Shown here: one piece after another, positions 26,396 through 39,978 of the stretch
Position numbering within the stretch: position 1 is the first letter of the stretch
How the letters are laid out: each line of letters begins with the position of its first letter
Source of the DNA: Harriotta raleighana
Lineage: Eukaryota
Reading direction: 5' to 3'
DNA: 64,000 nt
Assembly (NCBI GenBank): GCA_050575255.1
Contig: JBNZDD010013726.1
Span: 11,544,965-11,608,964, forward strand
The notes under the pieces: generated by a model
Seen by the model: only the letters and a program-made list of their open reading frames with translations
Databases searched by the model: none
Told to the model about the DNA's origin: nothing
Position numbers and translations under genes: made by a program

Positions 26396-28408
26396 CGCAT
26401 CTCACAATCTGGGGGGAACGGAGGGTGCTGGAATTGGTAGGTTTCTCTTGAGGACCTGCTCCACCTCCAGGCTGTGACATTGTCGGCGTTTGTCTGCAAA
26501 ATACAGTCACCACACGTCACGGTACATCCTGTGAAGCACCTTGCGATGTCCTCCCAACAGGAAAGGTGCTGTATCAAATGCAAGGANACATACACACACA
26601 CACTCACTCGCATCTCACAATCTGGGGGGAACGGAGGGTGCTGGAATTGGTAGGTTTCTCTTGAGGACCTGCTCCACCTCCAGGCTGTGACATTGTCGGC
26701 GTTTGTCTGCAAAATACAGTCACCACACGTCACGGTACATCCTGTGAAGCACCTTGCGATGTCCTCCCAACAGGAAAGGTGCTGTATCAAATGCAAGGAT
26801 TATTATTGTGGTGGAAGTTTGTCCCTAATATTATAATAATCCTTGCATTTGACATAGTGCCTTATCACATCATTGATATGTCTCGAAACACTTCACAGAA
26901 TACGCTGTAAAGTGGATTGACTGTATTTTGTGGGGGGAAACGCTGGCTACAACAGTTGGCATATCGTTGAATTCCATCACNTTCACAGAATACGCTGTAA
27001 AGTGGATTGACTGTATTTTGTGGGGGGAAACACTGGCTACAACAGTTGGTATATCGTTGAATTCCATCACTGTTNATACTAGATCAACCCCATTATAATG
27101 TTCAGGTTCATGTCTCTCCGTCTGTCCCAAACCCAGCCTAATTAGGATGACTGACAAGTTAACAATTTACGTTTACAGTATCGTCTCTTTAATGTTGGGA
27201 GGACATCTCAAAAGCACTTCACACAGCTGACTTGGTCCCCAATGATGGGGGCGGTGGTGAGGGGGGGAGGAGGGGGGGTGGGAGATAGGAGAGGAAAGAC
27301 GAGATGACCGAAAGCAGGTGTTGAAGTAGGTGAGTTTGGTTTGTAAGAAGAATCGCACGTCTGCTCGGGAGCAAACCAGACACAAGAAAAAGAAGCCAGG
27401 AATTAATGCCGGACCATCTGACATTGACCCTGGGTTGGATGAAATTCACCAGAAGAAGTGTGGGGGTGTCTTTTGTTTTGTTGGAAAACTGGGGCAAACT
27501 CGACGCTTTGCATTTCAGACTCGAACAGATAGCCGGAGAACAACGGCTCGAGCCTCTGCAAAATCCACCAGCGGAGAAAGCCGCTGTACAAAGTGAGCGT
27601 GTTCTGGGATTATTCTCAGCAGAGGTTCTGTGTTGTGGAGGGCAGATTACGCACAGACCCAGCTCACAAAAAAAAAAGGCCTCTTGATCATTATTCTCCT
27701 ATCGCACTGGTACAAACACGGGTCCTCGGGAATTTGTGTTTGGCTTTTGAGTATTGAAATGAAGCTCTCTGTTTGAACACTTGAGTCTCGAATGTTCTGC
27801 TTTTGAAAATATTTGCTTATTGGCTTGGGATTACGCAAATCAAGTTCCTCAGAAGTGCTGCCCGTGCTCGTGTGAAGAGCACAGAGGCAGAGGGAAGGCA
27901 GTTTATCAGGGGAACTGGGGAAACCATGACATATTTGTAACTTTGATTATCAATGGTGACATTATTCTTTAGCAGCTGGTTAGATCATTTATTTCCGCGC
28001 AATTCTGTCATTTGTTCCACATCCGTGGATTAAAAATAAAATGCTTTGCCATACAATCTGTGCGCAATTGACTGCTGCGTTTCACCCACAAGTCAGTCCA
28101 TTTACTTTGCTATCCTCTGAAGCACTTTGAGAAGTTTAAGAAGACGTGATGTGGCGCGAGCTAAATCTAGTGGAAGGGTTGTTGTCCAAAGCTCTAATAC
28201 AAGAAGTTATAGCTATTCAGAGTTGGGCACAACTTAATGTACTTCAACTCTACATTACAATCTGTTTGACCCTCACGTATCCTTTGAAACAAAAGGATGT
28301 TACCTCTGATTTCACTGCACTCCCCAAGCATTGTAATGGGAGTGTCAGTCTCGGCTTTAAACTCCCAAGTCACTGAGGTCACAAATTAAAATTTTAGATT
28401 TGATATTT

Positions 28409-28414
28409 TTTAAT
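28409..28414 (-). terminator. Candidate LHPP polyadenylation signal ATTAAA (alternative AATAAA at 27988-27993)
   Basis: Hexamer on the minus strand ~370 nt past the stop, with a T/GT-rich stretch downstream. Usage is not demonstrable from sequence. Confidence 0.35.
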
Positions 28415-28781
28415 GTCGGAATCATACAGCATGAATTACTGACATCTGAATTAAAATTCGGGAGTACTATACATTTAAATTTCACAGCGTTGCTAGTAAA
28501 CAAAGCCTTTTCTCTTCCACAATCCCGCATTTGTTCATTGTGACTGTAAACAAAAGTGGCATTAATTTCGACAGACCGCAGCTTGTGTAAGTAAAACTAA
28601 CCTCAAAAGGGACAAGCATGCACACTCTTCTCTAACAGCCTTTTCAGCCCAGGCCGCTTCAAAGGCAGTCAAGTAGTTGACGTGAAGCAACAAGTTACTC
28701 GGTAAGTTTGCTCTGGAAATTGATCTCTCATAGTCAATTCATCGCCATCAGTTTTCTAGACATCACTGTGGCTTTGCTGCA

Positions 28782-28878
28782 TCACTTGCACAAATATTCC
28801 TGGAGGATATCAACTGCTTGGGCTAAATTGTCCACGTAACCATCTGCCTTCACTGTTGGGTGCTGTTCATCAGATGGC
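28782..28878 (-). CDS. LHPP: LHPP terminal exon 7 CDS (PSDEQHPTVKADGYVDNLAQAVDILQEYLCK*)
   Basis: Acceptor ctttatccgcag. Phase 2 completes Arg from exon 6, and TGA falls at 28784-28782. Matches PSDEHHPEVKADGYVDNLAEAVDLL. Confidence 0.96.
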
Positions 28879-30025
28879 CTGCGGATAAAGCAATAAAGAT
28901 CAACCCTGTAAATACATCGCCAGTTGGTTGCATTGTCCCTTCTAAATGGGAAACAAGTCTGTGCAACAGATTTGCGTTAACCCCCCCCCCCCCTCCACTT
29001 CATTATCACGCAGCGAACAGAAGCAGATTAGAGTCGAGCTAATGAAGTAAAGCGCAAGGTTAGAGTGGCAATGCTGGTGCTTTAAGGAGATTGCTGCCTC
29101 TCAGAGCAGCCTGAGTTACAAAGCTTCGGACTACTTTCTAGCCTTTAGTTTTGTGAATGCCCCTGGTCCCAACCAGCCCTTTCACCACAGGCCAAACAAA
29201 GCGCAGTCTCCTGGGTGAGTTCACACAAAGTTTTTAAAAGACACAAACTACAAATTCTTCAGTAAAACCTTGTCACACGACGAGCATGAAACAAAAACGA
29301 AAATCACTCGAAATAGAAGTTACAATTAACAAAAAAGTTTTAAAAAAAACACACACTTGGAATTGGAACTGATTCTAACCCCGAAACACTACTGCGTGTG
29401 AACAGAAGAGTAACTCCTGACGTGAAAGGCGCTCTTATCAATGTAACTTGTTGGTGCAACTTAACAAAATTGGTAAACGTAAAAGTTTGAAGAGCGATTA
29501 AAAGTACTGAGCCTGTATGTGTGGTGCAGATCAGTTTGCTCTGTGGTCGACAATCGTCAGTTTGTTCTTTTATGAAACAGGTGAACCAACAGTTTTGAGG
29601 ATGATGAACGAGACGGTAAAAGTAACCACTGAATGATTAATATCTTCAGAATAGAATCGGCTTTTCACACTTGCTTAAAAATCTGTTAATTTGCAGATTG
29701 TGTCGAATTCTACAAAAAACACCATCTGTGCCCCCAATTACTAACGGCCTGAAGATGATTATAAGTAACACAATTTGTTGACTAAGATAGTACAGTTCGG
29801 GTATACCTGTCTGACGACAATACAATTCAGTTATATACTCCAGTGTTTGCAGAGAGTTAGACAACCTGCCATTTTTGTTTTTAAATCTAGTTTTCACTTT
29901 GGCTGGCTTTCAGAATCACCTTCAAGACATTTTGCAAATTTAGACAGCGTTTCGTATGTGCTGCTGTAAGCCACGATTAACATCGAACAACAATTAATGT
30001 GTGACCATCACAAATTAATCCCCTA

Positions 30026-30060
30026 CTGTGTGCTGTGTGCTGTGCTGTGTGCTGTGTGCT
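30026..30060. repeat. (TGTGC/TGTGTGC)n short tandem repeat
   Basis: ctgtgtgctgtgtgctgtgctgtgtgctgtgtgct. Confidence 0.85.
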
Positions 30061-31207
30061 AGTGCAGCGTTGTGTCACTGAGCTGCCACGATTCAGATCT
30101 CCTGCCCAGGACTCCGTGAGTTGGGAGTCTCGGAAATTTATTACTCAGCGAACGAGATGACGGAAAGGGTATTACATCTTTACACCTATAGCACTAACTG
30201 GACAACTTCCTGAATCTGACCCTAAAACACAGACCCTGGAGCAAAGACTCAAAGAGAAGTTTATTCCAGAGTTATCTTGTGTGTCGCATTCACAAAATAA
30301 CACAGAAATAATTCATTTCAGGGGTAGATTTTATAGACTGTAGAAATCCGGTCTCTTAAATTACTTATTTCTGCTTTTCACCACCAAAATAAACATTTTT
30401 TTTCTATTTTTTTTATTTGCAACTAAGGAGAATATTTTACTACAGTGTCTGTTACCTGCTTTGTGCTAATGTACCTTATCTGAGGTGGTTAAAGACAGAC
30501 AAGCCAGACAGACAAAATCTAAATCTGAAATAATCCAAGTTAATACTAATTTAAAAATAAAGCGATGAATAATGCAACGTTTGTGCTAAGAGTTTCCAGC
30601 GTAGAAATGGAACATTTATCTTAGCGACGAGATAAAACTAACCTCAGATAAGAGTGGGAGAAGATAGGTGTACTATCAAACCTTCACAGAATTGCCTGAA
30701 ACTAACTGTGTGCGTTGCATTCAGAGGCTCAGCACATTAGATTAACTACTGTGGCTGAAGCTGGATTAGTAGGAGTATGCATAAGACTATGGAAAATTTG
30801 ACTTTCCAGTTGGTTTTTCTACACCCCCGACAACAGCCAGAGTCAAATTCCTGAAATATTGGCCCTTGTTACACCCATCTCTGGCACCAGCCCCTTTACA
30901 AGGACCAATTACTGTATTTAAAATGGAACCATTTATATAAATACAAAGCCCTTACTGTAAACAGGACTGTAGTTTAGTAACTAGACTAATTATTTTATAC
31001 GTCATCCTAGTGTATAAAGTGTGACCTTGCTCAACCCATGTAATCAATGTAGAGGATTAAAGCTTCACCATTAAACTGGAAGGTTAACCTTTGACACAGC
31101 CACAAATGGTTACACTGCGTTAACTCACAAGTAGGCGTTTCCCCATCATAAATTAACTCAGATTACCATCAACATGTAGGCACATAAGGGCACTGACTCA
31201 CTTGTCA

Positions 31208-31510
31208 CTGCAGCTCAGTGCTTAGAGCACTCGCCTTGCAAGCGAGAGACTTGGGGTCAATTCTAGGAGGGACGAAATCTTGGGCACATGCCTAACAGTA
31301 ATCCCCAGAAAAATAACTTGGTAATTTCAATCTGCGAGACTGTTAGTGGGACGCTGCTGTGTGGAATTGACTGCCGTGTTTCACCCACAAATATACAGTC
31401 AATTGACTTTGCAGCATCTTCTGTGAAGCGCTTCGAGACGTTGACAAGATGTGAAAAGCGTTATATCAAATGCAAGGATTATTATTATAATAATAAGATT
31501 ATTATTATTG
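31208..31510 (+). mobile_element. Near full-length SINE, same family
   Basis: CAGCTCAGTGCTTAGAGCACTCGCCTTGCAAGCGAG head, core and (TTA/TAA)n tail. Confidence 0.85.
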
Positions 31511-31884
31511 TGCTTCTCCAGTCCACTTCTTCTGATGTGAAAAAAAATAATTAAGGTAAAAAAAGAGCAGGAGAAAATGGAGGATGTCTGTGTGGGGTGG
31601 GTGGGGGGTAGATGGAAAGACAGACAAATCAACTTTGGGTAAAACTTGTATTTTTGTGAGGCATTTTTGTGGAATATTCTACATGATTAGCATTAGTGCA
31701 GAAAATAAAAAGCATGTGATGTTGAATTCTTCCACTGGACTTTATTCTCATACTTTTAGCATCAATGGAATTGGCTGAGGATGTGTTTTGCTGCTCAGTG
31801 CAGACCTACCCACTCAAGATGAGGGTTAAGAATCCCCCCCCCAAACTGAAGCAATGGATTAAACAAGGAAAATTTGCACCGCAA

Positions 31885-32195
31885 ACAAACAACGTGCATT
31901 TATATAGCGCCCTCACTCCACGCCAGAAGGCGTCTCTCAGAACGCTCCACAATAGCGGGAGCCCGAGGCAGAGCCTGTGGGGAGAGGGGGGGAAAGGTGA
32001 CCGCAGGCGAGGTCGAACAGAAAGGTCTTCAGGCATGACCTGAAAAATGGAAAAGGAGGGGGGCTGAGGCGGAGGGATTGAGGGAGGAAGTTCCAGAGTT
32101 TTGGAGCGGAGCGACTGAAAGCACGGCTGCCACCTACGGAGGAGTGGAGGATTCGGGAGACAAGTAAGAGGCCAGACCCAGTAGAGCGGAGAATC
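31885..32195 (-). mobile_element. L2-clade LINE 3' fragment
   Basis: Reverse complement shows GGSRAFSRSAPKLWNFLP-like coding, cttctgttcgacctcgcc, and an agggcgctatataaatgcacgttgtttg end. Confidence 0.8.
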
Positions 32196-32369
32196 GATAA
32201 CTATTACCTAATGCAGCAGAGCTGAACAGCAGGCAAAGAAATCAGATTTACACTTTACAGTATATTCTGTGCGGCGATTTGAGACGTCTAGAAGACATAC
32301 AGAGAGCTATATCAAATGCAATGATTATTATTATCATTACTGTGTTACCGTATCAGTGACTTGTGGTCA

Positions 32370-32601
32370 CAGATTTAAAATAGTTTCAAAAAGAAGCAGA
32401 GGGGAGGTGAGGAGAAAAGTTTTCACTCAGTGAGTTGTTGGAATCTGGAATGGATTGCCTGAAAAGGTGGTGGTTTGGTTTGCGAGGTTATGGGGAGTGA
32501 GAGAAAGCTGAGGGTAGGATTAAATTGCTCTTTTTAAAGAGTCGACACAAACTCTGTGGGCCGAATGGCCTCCTTTTGTGCTGTAAGATTCTATGATTCT
32601 A
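32370..32601 (+). mobile_element. CR1-clade LINE 3' end
   Basis: Homologous to the 39661 copy; ends gggccgaatggcctccttttgtgctgtaagattctatgattcta. Confidence 0.85.
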
Positions 32602-33199
32602 AGAATATCAAATGCAAGGATTGTTATTATTACTGTACTTCCATTACAACTCTAGCTGGGAGAGCTGCGGAGATTGGGAGGTTGGATGCTCCTCTGTGAC
32701 TGGCTAGAGAGGAAACACCAAATAGGTCAAGGGATCAAAATCTTCCTCCTTAAACTCATCGCCCATTAAGAAACAAAATCATTTGGGTATAACATCCCAC
32801 AGTGTCCCCGCTGAGAACAGACTTCAAGTAAAGCCCGTGACTCAAACTAATTCCTCCCAAATGCTTAAATGCTGAACTCCAGGTCATCTGGCATCTGTTG
32901 CTTCTAATGTTATAAAGAGATTATGAGAAGAAAGCAGACTGCTTCATACACAGGATTCTCAGAACAAAATTTCTGGTAAAACCATTTAATATGAAGCCCT
33001 CCAAGACACTGTCCAGAATGCAGAGCTCTATATAAATGCCTGTTGTTGCTGTGGATGATGTTGATGTGGACAGCTGATCCAGCACTTGGTTTGACTCCCA
33101 AAACAAGGTTAGTGAGAATTGCATCCACTCGAAGACAGAATTGGGGTCAGTATTCTGCGTTTCCTATGCAGAAAGGATGGAAGTCTAAAGTTATAATCC

Positions 33200-33490
33200 T
33201 GCTGCTCTGGTGGTTAGAACCCTTGCCTCACTAGTGAGAGATCTGGGTTTGATTCCCAGCAGGACAAAACTGTGGGCAAGTTTCCTTACTTCACACGTCC
33301 GATAATAATCCCTCAAGGAAAAAAAAAAAAATTTGGTCACTCAGTCCACGACTGTTTGTGGGGTCACTGCTGTGCGCAATTGGCTGCCGCGTTTTATCCG
33401 CCATGTATACAGTCAATCCACTTTGCAGTATATTCTAGACGTCTAGAAGAATGCCTATCGAACGCAAGGATTTTTATATTATATTATATT
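33200..33490 (+). mobile_element. SINE, same family (diverged)
   Basis: Degenerate head gtggttagaacccttgcctcac and core tgtgcgcaattggctgccgcgttt. Confidence 0.78.
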
Positions 33491-33974
33491 ATGGAAAGTG
33501 CACTTAGAAAACATTTCTATTCCAATGATCAACGGATAAAATTGGTCATTTTCTTCACGAATGTGGGACATTGCATTGCTATGCACAATATCGCTGCTAT
33601 CCTCAGACAAAATACGTGGTGAATGAATCATCCGAAGTACTTTGAGATAGCTCCTCAACATTGAAAGGCACTATATATCAAAAGACAAGCATCATTATTA
33701 ATTATTTCACTAGTTCTGTACAGTCCTACATTGAATAGTGTTAATTAAGCAAGCTTGATTTTAGTTTTGAATTCTCGATCCAGCTTTTGACCACTGATTC
33801 AAGGGACGTTGATTGAGTTAAGCCGGAATCCTATTTTCAGTTGCAATCAAATGTCTATCTAATCATCAACATATCATAATAATATTAATGATAATAAAGC
33901 ACCAATGGATTGGCAGATTTCTTCAGCACATCTACTTTATCAGAACTAATCAGGAATTCTTCTTTTTTTCTTTG

Positions 33975-34092
33975 AGGGACTATTATTCAGGCATAAAGTA
34001 AGGAAACTTGCCCAAGGTTTCGCCCTGACCTGCCTAGAATCGAACCTGGGTCTTTCACTTGTAAGGCAAGTGCTCTAACCATTGAGCTACAG
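33975..34092 (-). mobile_element. SINE 5' half (tRNA-like head)
   Basis: gtaaggaaacttgcccaaggtttcgccctgacc...gtgctctaaccattgagctacag matches the head of the full-length copies. Confidence 0.8.
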
Positions 34093-34224
34093 TGGAAGGT
34101 AAACTGGTCATGTAAAAAGTAATTAAAAAGTTAACCCATTGAAACAAAACAGCCCAACATCTGAAAACAAAAGGACTCACTTGTACAGCTTAATGTCCGG
34201 AAAACCGAGGCCCTCCTGATTGGC

Positions 34225-35104
34225 TCGCGTCAGCGCCTCCGCAACTCGGGTGCTGACAGCATCAGCATCCAAGGCTGCACTCTCCACCTCGCAAAGCCAG
34301 TCAGGAACCTCGGTGTTCTATTCGACCCTGAGCTGTCCTTTCTCCCCCACATCCGCGCCACAACTGGCANNNNNNNNNNNNNNNNNNNNNNNNNNNNNNN
34401 NNNNNNNNNNNNNNNNNNNNNNNNNNNNNNNNNNNNNNNNNNNNNNNNNNNNNNNNNNNNNNNNNNNNNNNNNNNNNNNNNNNNNNNNNNNNNNNNNNNN
34501 NNNNNNNNNNNNNNNNNNNNNNNNNNNNNNNNNNNNNNNNNNNNNNNNNNNNNNNNNNNNNNNNNNNNNNNNNNNNNNNNNNNNNNNNNNNNNNNNNNNN
34601 NNNNNNNNNNNNNNNNNNNNNNNNNNNNNNNNNNNNNNNNNNNNNNNNNNNNNNNNNNNNNNNNNNNNNNNNNNNNNNNNNNNNNNNNNNNNNNNNNNNN
34701 NNNNNNNNNNNNNNNNNNNNNNNNNNNNNNNNNNNNNNNNNNNNNNNNNNNNNNNNNNNNNNNNNNNNNNNNNNNNNNNNNNNNNNNNNNNNNNNNNNNN
34801 NNNNNNNNNNNNNNNNNNNNNNNNNNNNNNNNNNNNNNNNNNNNNNNNNNNNNNNNNNNNNNNNNNNNNNNNNNNNNNNNNNNNNNNNNNNNNNNNNNNN
34901 NNNNNNNNNNNNNNNNNNNNNNNNNNNNNNNNNNNNNNNNNNNNNNNNNNNNNNNNNNNNNNNNNNNNNNNNNNNNNNNNNNNNNNCCCCCTCGCCCCGA
35001 ACATTTCCCCCTGCTCGGGTCTTAAATCATCTGTCCAGCGCCTTGGGACGTCCTCCTGACGTGAAACGCGCTCTATAAATGTAATTTTGTTGTTGTTGTT
35101 GTTG
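34225..35104 (+). mobile_element. 5'-truncated L2-clade LINE spanning gap 34370-34986
   Basis: Left part translates VRNLGVLFDPELSFLPHIRA, typical of the L2 ORF2 region after the RT core. Right part has the L2-type 3' end cagcgccttgggacgtcctcctgacgtgaaacgcgctctataaatgt and a (TTG)n tail. Confidence 0.85.
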
Positions 35105-37404
35105 TACAAAGAAACATCACATACTGTACAAGTGAAATAGGGCGAAACCACAGAGAGCTGAGATCATGGCCACCTACACAGCAGTGTGCAATTTCACCAA
35201 GTTTACTCGCAAGCCAAGATAAGCTATTGAGTAGGATTTAAATCACAGACAAACATCATCCATGTTTCAATGTATTTATTACGCCACCACATTTCGCCCG
35301 TCGAAAGAAAAACTATCCGAGCAGGCTTTAATATGATTTGCTTTGGGTTTGTAATTATGTTGGGTTCTTTCTATGGAAAAATTGTGATACAACTCCACAA
35401 GGTGTCTTTGATCCTGACCAACCCTCACCACACCATGAGCTGAATGCACAGAACAACTCCCAGCTTTATCCTACAGTTCAATGTACAGTACTTGTGTTTT
35501 CAGTCAATCAGGGACTGGCTGTCATCCTGACAGTAAGTCACCCCCTTGATAACAAGCACAGAGACAACTGGCTCGGCAGTTTTGTTTATATACTGTAAAT
35601 GGTTATTAGGGAGATGAATAGAGAGAATATCATGAATTCTTAAAAGTCTGACTAGCAATCTTATCTGAAATTAGCTATGGTGCCATTCTGATAACTCTGA
35701 TAACTTTGTAGATCAGAATAGAACGTGAACAATGTAAAAATTGTTATTCGGAGAATATTGCTGAATAAATTTAAGCTCCCTCCAAATCTTGCGTTAAACT
35801 ATTTTACAACTAGGTTGGAAGACTTAGTGTTTCTAAAAGCTGCCAAAATAATCCAATTATTTTATTGCTCCAACCTTAATATGCACCTTGTCTGGTGACC
35901 AGTTAAGAGCCCACTGGAGAGGGAACCACAGATCACAACAAAGCAAACGTGATATTAATTAATTAGCGTTTGCCCAAATAATACAGTTACTGCACTTTAC
36001 AGTAAATCCCATGAAGTGTTTTGAGGTATTTCCACAAGATAAATCGGTATATAAAAAGCAAGGATTCTTCTTCTTATTATTATTAAATGATGTAACTAAC
36101 AGCCAATGCTGATCTTAAAATCTTGCATTGGAACATGGCTGACTTACTTTAAAAATGAAATATTTCTGCCAATGCCTTACATTTAAAGGGGTAATTGAAT
36201 GCTCTGTTGGAGCTAATACAAGTATCTACTGCATTAGCTTAATAAGTATCAGCATGTCACAACACGAACTCGTAAAACTGCACATCGTAAAACTGCACAA
36301 ACATGAAGCAATCATTCTTTAAATTCATCCCACGCTCGTCTTAATACTCTCACTGACAGATGATGACTGCAATGAATGTATCTGCTGGTCCCATGATCTT
36401 GTGTATTGTATTGAGCAGATCCAGGCCAAACATTAGATTTCACTTTTAATTATAGCCCTAATGACTAACTTACATCCCTAGAGAATAAACCAATCCTCGG
36501 TTTGGATTTGTGAGAAGAGGAGAGGAGAGAAGGAGAGGAGAGAAGGAGAGATTTTGACCACCAATCTCAAGTTTTGACCACAAGTTCTCAGTCTTTACAA
36601 CAGTAAACAACACTAAGCGCTCTTCACATAGGAAAACAGCTCATAGTGCTTCATACCTATGGTGACAGATGCCAAGCAAAGGGAGAATAGGGAGTGGGAG
36701 GTGGCCATCAGTACAGTAAAAGAGGATTTCAGGGAAGTTTTAAGGGGTGAGATAGAGGGAGCTCCAGGGATGAGATTCGGAGTACAGTAATAACATACAA
36801 GATAACTTCAGAATGTGGAAAAGCGAGTCTGGATGAAAATAAAATATATCAAAATAGGGTCAGTATATTAGATTAACTCTGAAGATTGCCAGAGAAATGA
36901 ATACCTCAAATACAATCTACTGTACATCAGCAATACCTACAGATATCCAACTCTCCCTTCTGAGGAGTGGTAAGCCTTCAGAAGCACCTAAAAGGCTTTC
37001 TTTCAATGAATAAAGTGGAACAAACACTTTAACAGCATATGGGCTTCTAGTGTGGGGCTACAGTTATGTGCTATATTTCTGAGGGTGGAGGGTTTGTACT
37101 TTAAGTGCCTCTCAGTACAGGCAATTAAGACTTGAGAGATTATTTGGAGGGATATTAATTATCCCACTAGGGAGTTGGTCTGACAAGGTTGTGTCTTCTT
37201 AAGAGTCAGCAAACCATATTTCTTGCATACAAATAGTTGTGTAACAGTCTTGTCCTGTATTTATGTGATACTGAGAAAAAATGACAACCAGCTAACTCTT
37301 TTTTCTTTCCCGAAATCAAAAAGAAATTGATAATTAACTTTTGTGGCTATTGAGCTCTTCCAAACCAGAATTTAAATACCAATTTGTGGATGCGACCATC
37401 ATAA

Positions 37405-37723
37405 CTGTAGCTCAGTGGTTAGAGCACTCGCTTTACAAGTGTGAGACCTGTGTTTGAATCCAGGCAGGTCAGGGCGAAACCTTAGGCAAGTTTCCTTACC
37501 TCACAAGCCTTGTAATAATCCCTCCCAAAAAAAACCCACAAGAATAAAATTGATCATTCCAATCCATGTTTGTGCGACATTGCTGTGTGCAATTGGCTGC
37601 CATGTTTTGTCCACAAATATACAGTCAATTCATTTTGCAGTATATTCTGTAAAGAGCTTTCTAGGCGTCTAGAAGACGTGAAAAAGTGCTATATCAAATG
37701 CAAGGATTCTTCTTTTTATTATT
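37405..37723 (+). mobile_element. Near full-length SINE, same family
   Basis: CTGTAGCTCAGTGGTTAGAGCACTCGC head, core, and ATCAAATGCAAGGATT tail. Confidence 0.88.
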
Positions 37724-37859
37724 AAACAATGCAAAAAAAGATTCGATGGGAGGTGAGAAAACAATTCTTTATCCAAAGGGCTGATTGATTTCTAAAGCTT
37801 TCCTCACCTACAAATCCATCCAACTCCTTCTCTCTCTCAGATTCTCTCCTACTTTTCTC

Positions 37860-38105
37860 CTCTACTAACCAGGGCTTGCTATGTGTCCCCTGCCCTCTCC
37901 ACACCATCGTTGGTGGATAAGCCTTTAGTTTCTATCCCGTCCTCACCTCTGGATCTCCCTTTCTCTACCATTCCGTCCTTCCCCCACTTTGTCTAAGTTA
38001 AATCCTGCCTCTTCGAACACACCTGTGACAACCTCTCCCCCTCTCAGTATCCAATCTTGCAAAGTGCTTTAATACATTATGAAAAGAGCACTATACAAAT
38101 AAATA
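37860..38105 (+). mobile_element. Decayed L2 3' fragment
   Basis: ggcttgctatgtgtcccc...ggtggataagcctttag...cctcttcgaacac...gcactatacaaat. Confidence 0.6.
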
Positions 38106-39660
38106 AAAGTCATCACAAACAGAGCCCAGAAATGATCTCAAAACAATATCCAAGGCTGTGGGGGAGTGAGAAGGTGGTGGTGGGTGGGTGGGTGGGTGGG
38201 GGGTGGGGGGTGGGGGAGAGGAAGTGCGGTTAGACTAGACGAGGTGGCTCATGTGGAAATAGCTCGTCTTGAAATGAATAGCTTGTTTCTGTGCGATTCT
38301 AAAAGCACAGACAGAGAGGAAGCATTTGGGGCTTGAAGCCAGTTCACTCACAGACCACGTACAATCCACCTAGCTAATGTCTCGCACTCACTGGAAAGGA
38401 AAACGCTGCAAACATACTTCTGTCCCCAATAGCAACTGAACAAAACTCCAGAATATTTATCCATCTCCAGTACTCAAACCTTGGCCTGCTGCCCTCCATA
38501 AATCATGTTTACACTTTTATCTCTCCACCTCCTCCACCCCCCCCCCAACTCCCACCTTGAACTAGCCGCACAGGAACAGCCATTTTCTTTGGCGATGAAA
38601 TTTGACAAAGGCAAACGAGAGATCGTCTTACTTGCGTGTCACTATTTTTAGCCCGAGATCAGAGATTGAAAACAATAACGTTTCAATATACCGTACAAGG
38701 TCACAATATACTGTACAAGGTCACTTTTGTGAATGTAACCAGAACTGTCACACACTCCCACAGGTAAAGTGAGGAACAATACATCAAACCCATTGCTTCA
38801 CAAATAACACACTTAATGCCAGGAACAGAGACAACATTCCATACGACAGAGGCTTACACTGGAGACTGGCATCAGCAGTTGTCATGCCACTATTAATATC
38901 TATTTTATTGTTCATATATTAATAAAATATGATGATATATTCACCCACAACAAACAGTTACTGCACTTTACAGTATATTCCATGAAACGCATCTTGACAT
39001 GGTAAGTTGCATGTGATAAGGCGTCTTATCAAATGCAAGGATTATTGTGATTAGTATTATTATGATTATTATTCATTATTACAGCTCATGACTAACTGAA
39101 AACAGGTCTTTTCCAATCTGCAAAAAATGAATGAGTTTAAAAGGAAGGAAGAAAAAAGCTAGAGATCCCTGTCTCTAATTCTTCTGAAGTCTTTTCCGAC
39201 TAAGATCATCTTCAGTGTTTAGAAGTCACAAGGGCTGTGTTTCAAAACGTAGCAGTGTCCCTTAGAAACATCTCCCTGCGTGGTTTCACAAAGAAGACAA
39301 TTCAAGTGGAATTTCTCCGAAGAGCATTGGGCCATAACAAACTGGTAAGTAACTGTATTAAGTTAAGTACTTGTTTAATGATCTCTTTTTAAAAACTGTA
39401 CGCACTAATCTTAGTGTCTACAAAAGGTGTTCTTTGAAAAACGTTATTACAGATAGATTTCAATAATTCCTTGACAAGGATTGGAAATGAAACAGTTGAA
39501 TGTTTGGATGTACCCAGTACTCATTGTACAGCACGGTTCATAGAATACTTAACAGCCATAAGCACTAAAACTAGGAAATCACAAAGTAAACTGATCTCTT
39601 AACTCAGTTTTATTACGCACTAGCCTCCTGCATAACATTGAGTGCTTTACGTACAGAAAA

Positions 39661-39978
39661 AAACTGTTTCCACTGGCATGTGGGTCAGTAACCCGAGGAC
39701 ACCGATTTAAGATAGTTCCTAAAAGAAACAGAGGGGAGGTTAGGAAAAATGTATTCACCCAGCGAGTTGTTCGGATCTGGAAGGCATTACCTGAAATGGT
39801 AGTGGAAGCCGATTCAATAACAACTTTTAAGAGAGAAGTCGGTGGGAATTTGTGGGGGACACGATTGCAGGGCTATGGAGAGAGAGAGGGTCAGTGGGAT
39901 TGAGTTGAACAGTCTTTTTCAGAGCCGCACAGACACGATGGGGCGAATGGCCTCCTTCTGTGCTGTATGATTCTATAA
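39661..39978 (+). mobile_element. CR1-clade LINE 3' end
   Basis: 39661-39903 reads KLFPLACGSVTRGHRFKIVPKRNRGEVRKNVFTQRVVRIWKALPEMVVEADSITTFKREV...QGYGEREGQWD*, the typical CR1 ORF2 C-terminus. The 3'UTR ends ggcgaatggcctccttctgtgctgtatgattcta. Confidence 0.9.

Noticed and set aside
26377-26800. ~210-bp perfect tandem duplication; similar duplications at ~6459-6640, 13070-13272, 16617-16740, 18692-18807, 26215-26340, 26891-27071 and 46987-47035
   Set aside because: Each pair is split by a single N (6554, 13168, 16681, 18754, 26285, 26587, 26981, 47015). This is the signature of unmerged overlapping contig ends, so these are assembly artefacts rather than arrays.
38683-38723. Small tandem duplications (20 bp here; ~15 bp near 36270 and 2010)
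   Set aside because: These are ordinary two-copy slippage events with no spacer structure. Nothing CRISPR-like is present in this eukaryotic window.
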